Positions 16,293 to 23,769 of a stretch of 44,568 nt of DNA are shown piece by piece. Positions within the stretch are counted from its first letter, which is position 1. Every line of letters begins with the position of its first letter. The stretch is from an uncultured Prevotellaceae bacterium (GTDB lineage Bacteria > Bacteroidota > Bacteroidia > Bacteroidales > Bacteroidaceae): NCBI GenBank assembly GCA_900314335.1, contig OMUV01000083.1, forward strand, positions 1-44,568. Direction: 5' to 3'. A model generated the notes under the pieces. That model was not told the DNA's origin and made no database searches. It saw only the letters and a list, made by a program, of their open reading frames with translations. Both the position numbers and the translations under genes were made by a program.

Positions 16293-17759
16293 CTACTTCT
16301 TGCGTGCCGCGTCGATGCGCAGGAACACGAAAAGCAGTATGGTGAAGCCCCAGAGCGACGAACCGCCGTAGCTGAAGAAGGGCAGCGGAATGCCGATGAC
16401 GGGCGTGAGGCCGATCACCATGCCGATATTGATGAACACATGAAAGAGCAGGATGCACAGCACCGAGTAGCCGAAGATGCGCCCGAAGGCGAAGCTCTGC
16501 CGCTCGGAGAGGTAGATGAGCCGCAGGATGAGCGTCAGGTAGAGCACCAGCACCACCGCGCAGCCGATGAAGCCCTTCTCCTCGCCCACGGTGCAGAAGA
16601 TGAAGTCCGTGTCCTGCTCCGGCACGTATTTCAGTTTGGTCTGTGTGCCGTTGAGGAAGCCCTTGCCCGTCAGTCCGCCGGAGCCGATGGCTATCTTGCT
16701 CTGGTTGACATTGTATCCGGCGCCGTTGAGGTCCTGCTCCATGCCCAGGAGGACACGCACACGCTGCTGCTGGTGAGGCTCGAGCACATCGTTCATCACA
16801 TAGTCGGTCGAGAAGAAGAATATCGTCGAGACGACGGCGAACAGGGCCACGTAGGCGTAGCGGAGGCGCTTGAGCGTGAGGGCTTTGATGATCATGTACA
16901 CCACCTCGCCGGCTATCACGGCGAGCAGCGCATAGCCCGTCTCGAAGGGGATGACATAGCGCGAGAAGAGGTAGCTGAGCAGGATGGCGCCGGCGCCGTA
17001 AGCGACGGCTTTGTAGTCCTGATGGCGATTGTCCGAGTAGAGCAGGGCGATGACGGTGGTGAAGATCCAGATGAGCAGCAGCACGGCGAACTCGCTCACC
17101 GAGGTGTAGGTGCCGTCGACGAGTGTGTCTTGAAACTTGAGTCCGATGACGAAGTAGATGACCGCCGCGAAGCCCGCGAAGAGGAAGCTGCCGTTCATGC
17201 CCTCGCGGTAGAGCACCAGGAAGAACGCCGTGTAGATGAGCGCCGAGCCGGTCTCTTTCTGCATAATGATAAGCGCCATGGGCAGGAGTATGATGCCCAG
17301 CGTGATGGCGAAGGTGCGGGTATTGCTGATGTTGTAGCCGTAGTGGCCCATAAACTTGGAGAGCGCCAGCGCCGTGGCCCCCTTGGCGAACTCGGCCGGC
17401 TGTATGCTCAGGCTCCCGAGCTTGATCCACGAGTAGGAGCCCTTGATGTCCGTGGCCAGGAACGGCGTGACGAGCAGTAGGAGCATGAACGCCGCGTAGA
17501 GCACGTAGGCGAAGGTGTCGAAGAGTTTGTCGTCGAGCATCGTGATGACGAAGCCGATGACCAGCGCGCAGCCTATCCAGATGAGCTGCTTGCCGGCGCG
17601 CGAGGAGAAGCTGAAAAAGTCGCCCAGCGGCTCGCCAAACTCGTAGCTCGCGCCGCACACACTGAACCAGCCCAGGATGATGAGGGCCAGAAAGAGACCT
17701 ATCGTTATCCAGTCGATCTGCCTGAGCGGGGATGTCGGTCTATCGTTCGCCTGTTCCAT
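16293..17759 (-). CDS. rodA: rod shape-determining protein RodA (SEDS family glycosyltransferase)
   Basis: 488 aa with multiple TM helices. It has the FtsW/RodA/SpoVE signature ...KYVPEQDTDFIFCTVGEEKGFIG... and follows mrdA with a 20-nt overlap. Confidence 0.9.
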   Translation of the reverse strand: MEQANDRPTSPLRQIDWITIGLFLALIILGWFSVCGASYEFGEPLGDFFSFSSRAGKQLIWIGCALVIGFVITMLDDKLFDTFAYVLYAAFMLLLLVTPFLATDIKGSYSWIKLGSLSIQPAEFAKGATALALSKFMGHYGYNISNTRTFAITLGIILLPMALIIMQKETGSALIYTAFFLVLYREGMNGSFLFAGFAAVIYFVIGLKFQDTLVDGTYTSVSEFAVLLLIWIFTTVIALLYSDNRHQDYKAVAYGAGAILLSYLFSRYVIPFETGYALLAVIAGEVVYMIIKALTLKRLRYAYVALFAVVSTIFFFSTDYVMNDVLEPHQQQRVRVLLGMEQDLNGAGYNVNQSKIAIGSGGLTGKGFLNGTQTKLKYVPEQDTDFIFCTVGEEKGFIGCAVVLVLYLTLILRLIYLSERQSFAFGRIFGYSVLCILLFHVFINIGMVIGLTPVIGIPLPFFSYGGSSLWGFTILLFVFLRIDAARKK

Positions 17760-19584
17760 AGGATATATGTCTGTGCTGGAATTCTTCGGCTACCCTCTCG
17801 CCGTGGGCGGAGAGCTTGCCATTGAGATATTGCTCCATCATGACCGCGCCGATGGGCACACCGAAGTCGGCGCCGAAGCCGCCGTTCTCCACGTAGACGG
17901 CGATGGCTATCTTGGGGTCGTTCATGGGCGCGAAGCCGATAAAGGCGGAGTGGTCGTGCCCGCGGTTCTGCGCCGTGCCGGTCTTGCCGCACACCTCGAT
18001 GCCGGGGAGGTTGGCCGCGCGGCAGGTGCCGCCGAGCACGGCCTGCCGCATGCCCTGCACAACATAGTTGTACCAGCGGTGCTCCACCATGGTGAAGTGC
18101 TTCTCGTGGTAGGTGCTGTCGATGTGCGAGTGCTCCACGCGGCTCACGATGTGGGGCGTGATGTAGTAGCCGCGGTTGGCTATCGTCGCGGCGAGGTTGG
18201 CTATCTGGAGCGGGGTGGCGTTGACCTCGCCCTGCCCGATGGCGTCGCTGATGATGGTCACGCCGTTCCAGTGCTTGCGGTAGTGCTTGTCGTAGTAGGC
18301 GGCGTTGGGGATCATGCCGCGGCGCTCGCCCGGCATGTCCACGCCCAGTTTGTAGCCGTAGCCCATCGAGACGATGTAGTCCTTCCACCGTGTGAAAGCG
18401 TCCTCGATGTTGCGATACTTGCGGCGGTTGCTCATCATGTAGTAGAAGCCCCAGGAGAAGTAGGCATTGCAGGAGGTGGCTATTGCGGGGACGAGCGAGA
18501 GGGGAGAGGCGTGGCCGTGGCAGGCCTGATGGAAGCGGCCGATGGTGAGCCCGTGGTGGCAGGCGAACTGTGTGCCCGGCGTGATGATGCCCTCCTGAAG
18601 GAAGGTGAGAGCCTGCGTGGGCTTGAATGTGGAGCCCGGGGGATACTGGCCGCTTATGGCGCGGTTGAGCAGAGGTTTGCGGGGGTTGAGCTGCAGCCTT
18701 TTCTGATTGATGCCACGGTTGCGGCCTATCATCAGGCGCGGGTCGTAGCTCGGCGAGGACACCATGCAGAGGATCTCGCCGGTCTTGGGCTCGATGGCCA
18801 CGATGGCGCCGATCTTGCCCTCCATGATGCGCTCGCCGAGAGCCTGAAGGTCGATGTCGATGCTCAGCTGGAGGTTGCGCCCGGGCTGTGGACGGCGGTC
18901 AAAGCGCCCGTTCTGGTAGCGCCCCTTGATGCGGCCGTGCACATCGCGCAGCAGGATGTTCATGCCTTTCTCGCCCCTCAGGTCGCGCTCGTAGGAGCTC
19001 TCCACACCGATCTTGCCGATGTAGTCGCCGCTCTGATAGTAGGGGTCGTCGTCGATGTTCTGCTGCGACACCTCGCCCACGTCGCCCAGGATGTGCGCCC
19101 CTACGCCGTAGACATAGCGGCGTATGCTGCGCCGCTCCACCGAGAAGCCGCGAAACTTGAACAGCTTCTCCTCTATCTGCGAGAACTCGCGCGCCGGTAT
19201 CTGCGGCAGGAAGAGCTGCGGTGTGTGGCGCGAATAGCCCGGGTGCTTCTTGCTGTCCTTGATGTCCATCATCCGCGCTATGTAGAAGTCGCGCGTGATG
19301 CCGAGTGTGCGGCAGAAGTCGAGCGTGTCTATGCCGTGCTGCTCGTCCATGGTCACCATGAGATTGTAGGCCGGCTCGTTGTACACCAGGAGCTTGCCGT
19401 GGCGGTCGGTGATAAGGCCGCGCGAGGGATATTGTATCTTCTTGAGAAATGCGTTGGAGTCGGCGTTGCGTTTGTAGTCATCGCTCAGTATCTGCAGGGC
19501 AAAGAGGCGCATCAGATAGACCACAACGATAGCGATGGCCATGCCGCCGATTACAAACTTCCTGTTCTCAAGGTTGGTGCTCAT
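17740..19584 (-). CDS. mrdA: penicillin-binding protein 2 (elongasome transpeptidase)
   Basis: 614 aa with an N-terminal TM anchor. The SxxK (STFKP), SxN (SCN) and KTG (KTGTA) motifs are present. Confidence 0.9.
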   Translation of the reverse strand: MSTNLENRKFVIGGMAIAIVVVYLMRLFALQILSDDYKRNADSNAFLKKIQYPSRGLITDRHGKLLVYNEPAYNLMVTMDEQHGIDTLDFCRTLGITRDFYIARMMDIKDSKKHPGYSRHTPQLFLPQIPAREFSQIEEKLFKFRGFSVERRSIRRYVYGVGAHILGDVGEVSQQNIDDDPYYQSGDYIGKIGVESSYERDLRGEKGMNILLRDVHGRIKGRYQNGRFDRRPQPGRNLQLSIDIDLQALGERIMEGKIGAIVAIEPKTGEILCMVSSPSYDPRLMIGRNRGINQKRLQLNPRKPLLNRAISGQYPPGSTFKPTQALTFLQEGIITPGTQFACHHGLTIGRFHQACHGHASPLSLVPAIATSCNAYFSWGFYYMMSNRRKYRNIEDAFTRWKDYIVSMGYGYKLGVDMPGERRGMIPNAAYYDKHYRKHWNGVTIISDAIGQGEVNATPLQIANLAATIANRGYYITPHIVSRVEHSHIDSTYHEKHFTMVEHRWYNYVVQGMRQAVLGGTCRAANLPGIEVCGKTGTAQNRGHDHSAFIGFAPMNDPKIAIAVYVENGGFGADFGVPIGAVMMEQYLNGKLSAHGERVAEEFQHRHISYGTGER

Positions 19585-20106
19585 TTACGCTGCGGCTCGC
19601 TTGTTACTAATGCGTACGCCCTCGATGGCGGCGATGATAAGGATGGTGAGCAGGGCGCTGCCCACGGTGTTGAGCAGCAGGTCGATGGCGTTGAAGAAGG
19701 AGAACGTCTCGAGCAGGTAGAAGATGGTCTCGGCGATGATGACGCCCACGCTTATGTAGCGCATGTACGGCCCCCAGCCCATCTTGGCGGCCGAGGGCAC
19801 CGGCACATCGTCCTCGTCCTCGGTGTTGGAGTGGAACTTGAGGAGCCACGGCTGTATCATCGCCAGCGTTGTGAGCGAGAGCGTGGCTACGCCCGGCGTG
19901 TTGGTGAACGTGTCCGCTATTATGCCCATCGCAAAGCTCCACAGCAATATCTCGCTGCGGTTGCTCTCGCCGTTGAAGAGCATCACAAAGTAGACCGCAA
20001 CAAACGGGGTGGCGTGGCCCAGGATATGCACGTGATCGAAGATGAGCACCTGCAGAGCCAGCGTCAGCACAAACCATCCCAATGTCTTAAGAAACCTGTT
20101 AAGCAT
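19585..20106 (-). CDS. mreD: rod shape-determining protein MreD
   Basis: 173-aa polytopic membrane protein located between mreC and mrdA and abutting the mrdA start. Confidence 0.8.
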   Translation of the reverse strand: MLNRFLKTLGWFVLTLALQVLIFDHVHILGHATPFVAVYFVMLFNGESNRSEILLWSFAMGIIADTFTNTPGVATLSLTTLAMIQPWLLKFHSNTEDEDDVPVPSAAKMGWGPYMRYISVGVIIAETIFYLLETFSFFNAIDLLLNTVGSALLTILIIAAIEGVRISNKRAAA

Positions 20107-20147
20107 ACTCTTGTCTCTCCTCTGTCTATTCCGTCCTTCTTACCTGT

Positions 20148-20225
20148 TCTCTTGTATTACTGTCGAATTCTCTGTATTACTGCTTCGCCTTCCTGATTTA
20201 CTACTCAGCTCTCTTGTATTACTGC
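20148..20225 (-). repeat. four copies of a 'cagtaatacaRgaga'-like box (mRNA sense) in the purine-rich mreC-mreD spacer
   Basis: Plus-strand copies are tctcttgtattactg (20148), tctctgtattactg (20169), cctgatttactac (20192, degenerate) and tctcttgtattactg (20211). Spacing is about 21 nt. Confidence 0.65.
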
Positions 20226-20246
20226 TAATCCTTTCTCAATACGGCC

Positions 20247-21107
20247 TTACTGTTCCGGCTGTTCCATCTCCTGCGCCCTGACCTGCAGCGAGTCGATCTC
20301 GGGCTTGGCGGGATTGGCTATGACGCAGACGTCGCGCAGGTTGGCAAAGTCGGTCGAGAGATGCACCTTGACCCTGAAGGAGAGGCCGTCGCTCGAATTG
20401 CCGATGTTTATGATGCGCCCTACAAAGAGCCCGGGCGGGAACACGGACGAGTAGCCGCTCGTCTCCACGTAGTCGCCCACCTTGAAGCGGGCGTAGCGCG
20501 GCACATCGCTGAGCGTAGCCACCAGCGGATTGCCCCCGTCCCAGCCCAGATAGCCGAAGAAGCGGTGGCCGCGTATGCGGCAGCTGATGCGCGACTTGCT
20601 GTTGAGCACCGGCATGACGAGGCTGTAGTGCGGGCCCGTGAGGAAGACGATGCCCACTATGCCGCCGCCGCTCACCACGCCCATCTCCGAGCGTATCCCG
20701 TCGGCCTCGCCCCGGTCGATGACGATAAAGTTGTTGACCTTGGTGATGGAGTTGGACGTGACGGTCGCGGGGATGAGGCGGAAGCCGTCGAGGGCCCGCC
20801 GCTGCTTCTCGTCGAGCGCCAGGGAGTCCTCGCCCTCGCTCTCGAGTATCTCCCGCAGCTGGGTCACCTGACGCTGCAGCATGATGTTGCGCGCCGTGAG
20901 GTCGCGGTTCACCTTGCCCAGGCTCACATACGAGGCCAGATCGGAGTAGACCTTGTCGAGAGTTGCCGTGAACTCGTTGGCCGAGGTGAACCATACGCTG
21001 GCCTGATAGTCGTTGAACTGGAAGAACAGGATAGCCCCCGCGCTCTCCAGCAGCAGGAATACTATCCAGTGGAAATGGTTCTTCAGAAACTCTATCAGAT
21101 TGTGCAT
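20247..21107 (-). CDS. mreC: rod shape-determining protein MreC
   Basis: 286 aa with an N-terminal TM helix, a coiled-coil region and a beta-barrel C-domain. Its position between mreB and mreD fits. Confidence 0.85.
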   Translation of the reverse strand: MHNLIEFLKNHFHWIVFLLLESAGAILFFQFNDYQASVWFTSANEFTATLDKVYSDLASYVSLGKVNRDLTARNIMLQRQVTQLREILESEGEDSLALDEKQRRALDGFRLIPATVTSNSITKVNNFIVIDRGEADGIRSEMGVVSGGGIVGIVFLTGPHYSLVMPVLNSKSRISCRIRGHRFFGYLGWDGGNPLVATLSDVPRYARFKVGDYVETSGYSSVFPPGLFVGRIINIGNSSDGLSFRVKVHLSTDFANLRDVCVIANPAKPEIDSLQVRAQEMEQPEQ

Positions 21108-21145
21108 AGCTCGGGGCTCCGGCTTACTGGGTCATTAAAAGTGCG

Positions 21146-21177
21146 GCAGCAGTCGCGCCTTGGCTGCGGACTGCTGT
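21146..21177 (-). other. 8-9-bp GC hairpin in the mreB-mreC spacer
   Basis: gcagcagtc (21146-21154) pairs with gactgctg (21169-21176) around a 14-nt loop. Confidence 0.4.
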
Positions 21178-21247
21178 CTTGACTTATCTCCTCTCGCGCC
21201 GGACATAATAATATATATGCGCGTTGATTTTCTTTCTCTCTGTCAGC

Positions 21248-21268
21248 CTCTCCCGCTGAAGGGGAGAG
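21248..21268 (-). terminator. candidate attenuator or partial terminator just after mreB
   Basis: A 7-bp stem (ctctccc / gggagag) with a 7-nt loop, about 13 nt after the mreB stop. There is no clear U-tract. Confidence 0.35.
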
Positions 21269-21280
21269 CGCGGACGTCGT

Positions 21281-22342
21281 TTATCTCATCAGGAACGAGT
21301 AGTGATTGACATTCTTGAGCGCCACGCCAGTGCCCTTGGCTACACAGAGCAGAGGATCCTTGGCCACGTGGAAGGGGATGTCAATCTTATCGGTGAGCCT
21401 CTTGTCCAGGCCGCGCAGCAATGCGCCGCCGCCGGTGAGGTAGATGCCGTTGCGCACGATGTCGGCGTAGAGCTCGGGAGGCGTATTCTCCAGAGCGCTG
21501 AGCACGGCGGTCTCGATCTTGGTGATGTCTTTCTCCAGGCAGTGGGCTATCTCCTGATAGCATACGGGTACCTCCATGGGCAGAGCCGTGATGCGGTTGG
21601 GGCCGTGGACGACATAGTCCTTGGGGCCCTGCTCGCCGAGGTCGGTGAGGGCGCTTCCCACATGTATCTTGATGCGCTCGGCCATACGCTCGCTGACCTT
21701 CACGTTGTGCTGACGGGCCATGTACTCCTGTATCTCGGAGTTGAAATCATCGCCGGCCATCTTGATGGAGTTGTTGGAGACGATGCCGCCCAGCGAGATG
21801 ACTGCTATCTCGGTCGTGCCGCCGCCTATGTCGACGATCATGTTGCCCTCGGGGGCCTCAACATTGAGGCAGTCCTTGGGGTCCATGCCGGCCTCCTGCT
21901 GCTCCTGCCCGATGCCGATGGCTGCGGCCATGGGCTCGAAGATCAGGTAGACATCACGGCCGCCGGCGTGCTCGGCGCTGTCGCGCACGGCTCTCAGCTC
22001 CACCTCGGTCGAGCCCGAGGGCACACCGATCACCATCCTCAGGGACGGTGAGAAGAGGTGGCTGCCTTTCTGGGCGTTCTTGATGAGGCCGCGCATCATC
22101 TGCTCGCAGGCGTTGAAGTCGGCTATCACACCGTCGCGCAGCGGGCGTATCACACGATAGTTGTCGTTGGTCTTCTCGTACATCAGCTTGGCCTCTTCGC
22201 CTACCTTGACCATCTTGTTGGTGTTGCGGTCCAGAGCCACTATGGAGGGCTCATTGACCACTATCTCGTCGTCCGAGATGATGATGGTGTTGGCCGTGCC
22301 GAGGTCCATCGCCAATTCCTGGGTGAAAGAAAAAAATCCCAT
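21281..22342 (-). CDS. mreB: rod shape-determining actin homolog MreB
   Basis: 353 aa. It shows MGFFSFTQELAMDLGTANTII..., DIGGGTTEIAVISLGGIV and GIYLTGGGALLRGLDKRL, the canonical MreB phosphate and adenosine motifs. Confidence 0.95.
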   Translation of the reverse strand: MGFFSFTQELAMDLGTANTIIISDDEIVVNEPSIVALDRNTNKMVKVGEEAKLMYEKTNDNYRVIRPLRDGVIADFNACEQMMRGLIKNAQKGSHLFSPSLRMVIGVPSGSTEVELRAVRDSAEHAGGRDVYLIFEPMAAAIGIGQEQQEAGMDPKDCLNVEAPEGNMIVDIGGGTTEIAVISLGGIVSNNSIKMAGDDFNSEIQEYMARQHNVKVSERMAERIKIHVGSALTDLGEQGPKDYVVHGPNRITALPMEVPVCYQEIAHCLEKDITKIETAVLSALENTPPELYADIVRNGIYLTGGGALLRGLDKRLTDKIDIPFHVAKDPLLCVAKGTGVALKNVNHYSFLMR

Positions 22343-22382
22343 TTATCTGTGTTTATCTCTTGATGTTGTGTGTGGGTAGCTC

Positions 22383-22982
22383 TTATTTGCTCACGGCAAA
22401 GTATGTGTGGATAGCTGTGTCATAGTGGCTGCTCACGGCAAATGCGCGCTCGGCAAAGTGGCGACGGTCCTCGATGTCGGTAGCGGCGCCCTTGGTGTGG
22501 AGCAGATTGAGCAGCTCGGCGTACTGGGCCTTGGAGGGGATGATCACCACGTCCTTGAAGTTCTTGGCGCCGGCTCTTATCAGCGAGATGCCGCCGATGT
22601 CGATCTTCTCGATGATGTCGGCCTCCGATGCGCCGCTCTTCACCGTCTCCTCAAAGGGGTAGAGGTCTACTATTACGAGGTCTATGGACGGGATCTCGTA
22701 CTTCTGCATCTCGGCCTGGTCGCCCTCATTGTCCCTGCGGGCCAGTATGCCGCCGAAGATGCGGGGGTGCAGAGTCTTTACCCTGCCGCCCAGAATGGAC
22801 GGATAGGTAGTGAGCTCCTCAACCTTCTTGCAGGGATAACCCAGACCCTCTATGAATTTCTGTGTGCCGCCGGTGGAGAGCAGCTCCACGCCGTCGGCAT
22901 TCAGCGCCTTGAGGATGTCCTCCAGACCGTCCTTGTGATAGACGGATATCAGCGCTGTCTTGATAGGTTTTCTTTCTGACAT
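22383..22982 (-). CDS. purH: IMP cyclohydrolase (MGS-like) domain of PurH only; the AICAR transformylase domain is absent
   Basis: The 199-aa ORF is colinear with the N-terminal PurH/ATIC domain (ALISVYHKDGL..., LSTGGT, GGRVKTLHP, VDLYPF, IDIGGISLIRAGAKN). It stops right after ...SSHYDTAIHTYF, and mreB starts 40 nt later. Confidence 0.85.
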   Translation of the reverse strand: MSERKPIKTALISVYHKDGLEDILKALNADGVELLSTGGTQKFIEGLGYPCKKVEELTTYPSILGGRVKTLHPRIFGGILARRDNEGDQAEMQKYEIPSIDLVIVDLYPFEETVKSGASEADIIEKIDIGGISLIRAGAKNFKDVVIIPSKAQYAELLNLLHTKGAATDIEDRRHFAERAFAVSSHYDTAIHTYFAVSK

Positions 22983-23035
22983 AGTATAGAAACTTTCAGG
23001 CCTTCACGGCCTATGAATACGTATTCTCCGGAGTG

Positions 23036-23043
23036 CAAAGATA
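23036..23043 (-). promoter_or_regulatory. -7 promoter box (TAtcTTTG) for the purH'-mreBCD-mrdA-rodA operon
   Basis: The minus strand reads TATCTTTG, 54 nt upstream of the ATG at 22982. Confidence 0.5.
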
Positions 23044-23223
23044 CTAATTTTTTATATATCCCCTCTTTCTGCCGGACAAAATCACCAAAAGTAAGGCGTT
23101 ATGTCTCTCCGCGGCCATCTCCGCATGCCTGAGGGCGGGAGTATAATGGGGAAATTCTGCGTCCTCCTGTACTGCCACACCATCCGCATGCAATTAATAC
23201 AAGAAGGCATGTAGTTCATGCGC

Positions 23224-23377
23224 GACAGCTGCGATGCATATTCATGACAGCTGCGATTCATTTGCATGACAGCTGCGATTCATTTGCATGACAACTGCGA
23301 TTCATTCGCGTGACAGCTGCGATGCATTCGCATGACAGCTGCGATGCATTCGCGTGACAGCTGCGATGCATGAAATA
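23224..23377 (+). repeat. contiguous tandem array, 7 x 22 bp (gacagctgcgatKcatttgcRt), CAGCTG-centred
   Basis: Units start at 23224, 23246, 23268, 23290, 23312, 23334 and 23356 (the last is degenerate). There are no spacers between units. Units 2 and 3 are identical. Confidence 0.95.
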
Positions 23378-23665
23378 GAAGGGACATAAAATCAGGCATT
23401 GCCGAATTATGAAATGTGTCGTCATGGAATGAGGATGAATTTTCCTCTCCGGGCGCACGCCGGAATGCATGTAAGAAGAATGATTCGCTGTGCGCAGAGC
23501 GCCCTTTGCGCGTACCGCAAAAACCGTCCCGCATGCTGTGATGCTCACATAGGACCTGAGGAAAACTACATTTGAGGTAGTTCTACTCGTCTCAAATGTA
23601 GTTTTGGCCTGTGTGAAGCGCTGATTTTGAGTTATTTGGAAAGGGCCGAAAAACCGGTTTTCCGC
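23224..23665 (-). repeat. inverted copy (A) of the array-bearing variant of the intergenic repeat family
   Basis: The reverse complement aligns with 33905-34270. The core (ggccaaaactacatttgagacgagtagaactacctcaaatgtagttttcctcaggtcctatgtgagcatc.cagca.gcgggacggtttttgc) is nearly identical, and the shared atgcctgattttatgtcc precedes the 22-bp array. Confidence 0.9.
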
Positions 23666-23769
23666 CGTCTGCGAAAGCCGGAGGAAAACGCCTGAAACGT
23701 ACGGCAAAGATGGGCATCCACCCTTTGCGGGTGACGATTTGCGCGCACCTGTCACAGCGCACGGGCCGC

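Noticed and set aside
15882-17480. 532-aa plus-strand ORF and 499-aa minus-strand ORF (16159..17658) overlapping rodA and the repeat element.
   Set aside because: These are alternative frames of rodA or read through the non-coding repeat. They are Arg/Ala/His/Gly-rich and have no motifs. The rodA frame has the SEDS signature.
23224-23377. Possible CRISPR array.
   Set aside because: The units are directly contiguous with no unique spacers, they are only 22 bp long, and no cas genes are present. This is a tandem repeat or iteron-like array, not CRISPR.
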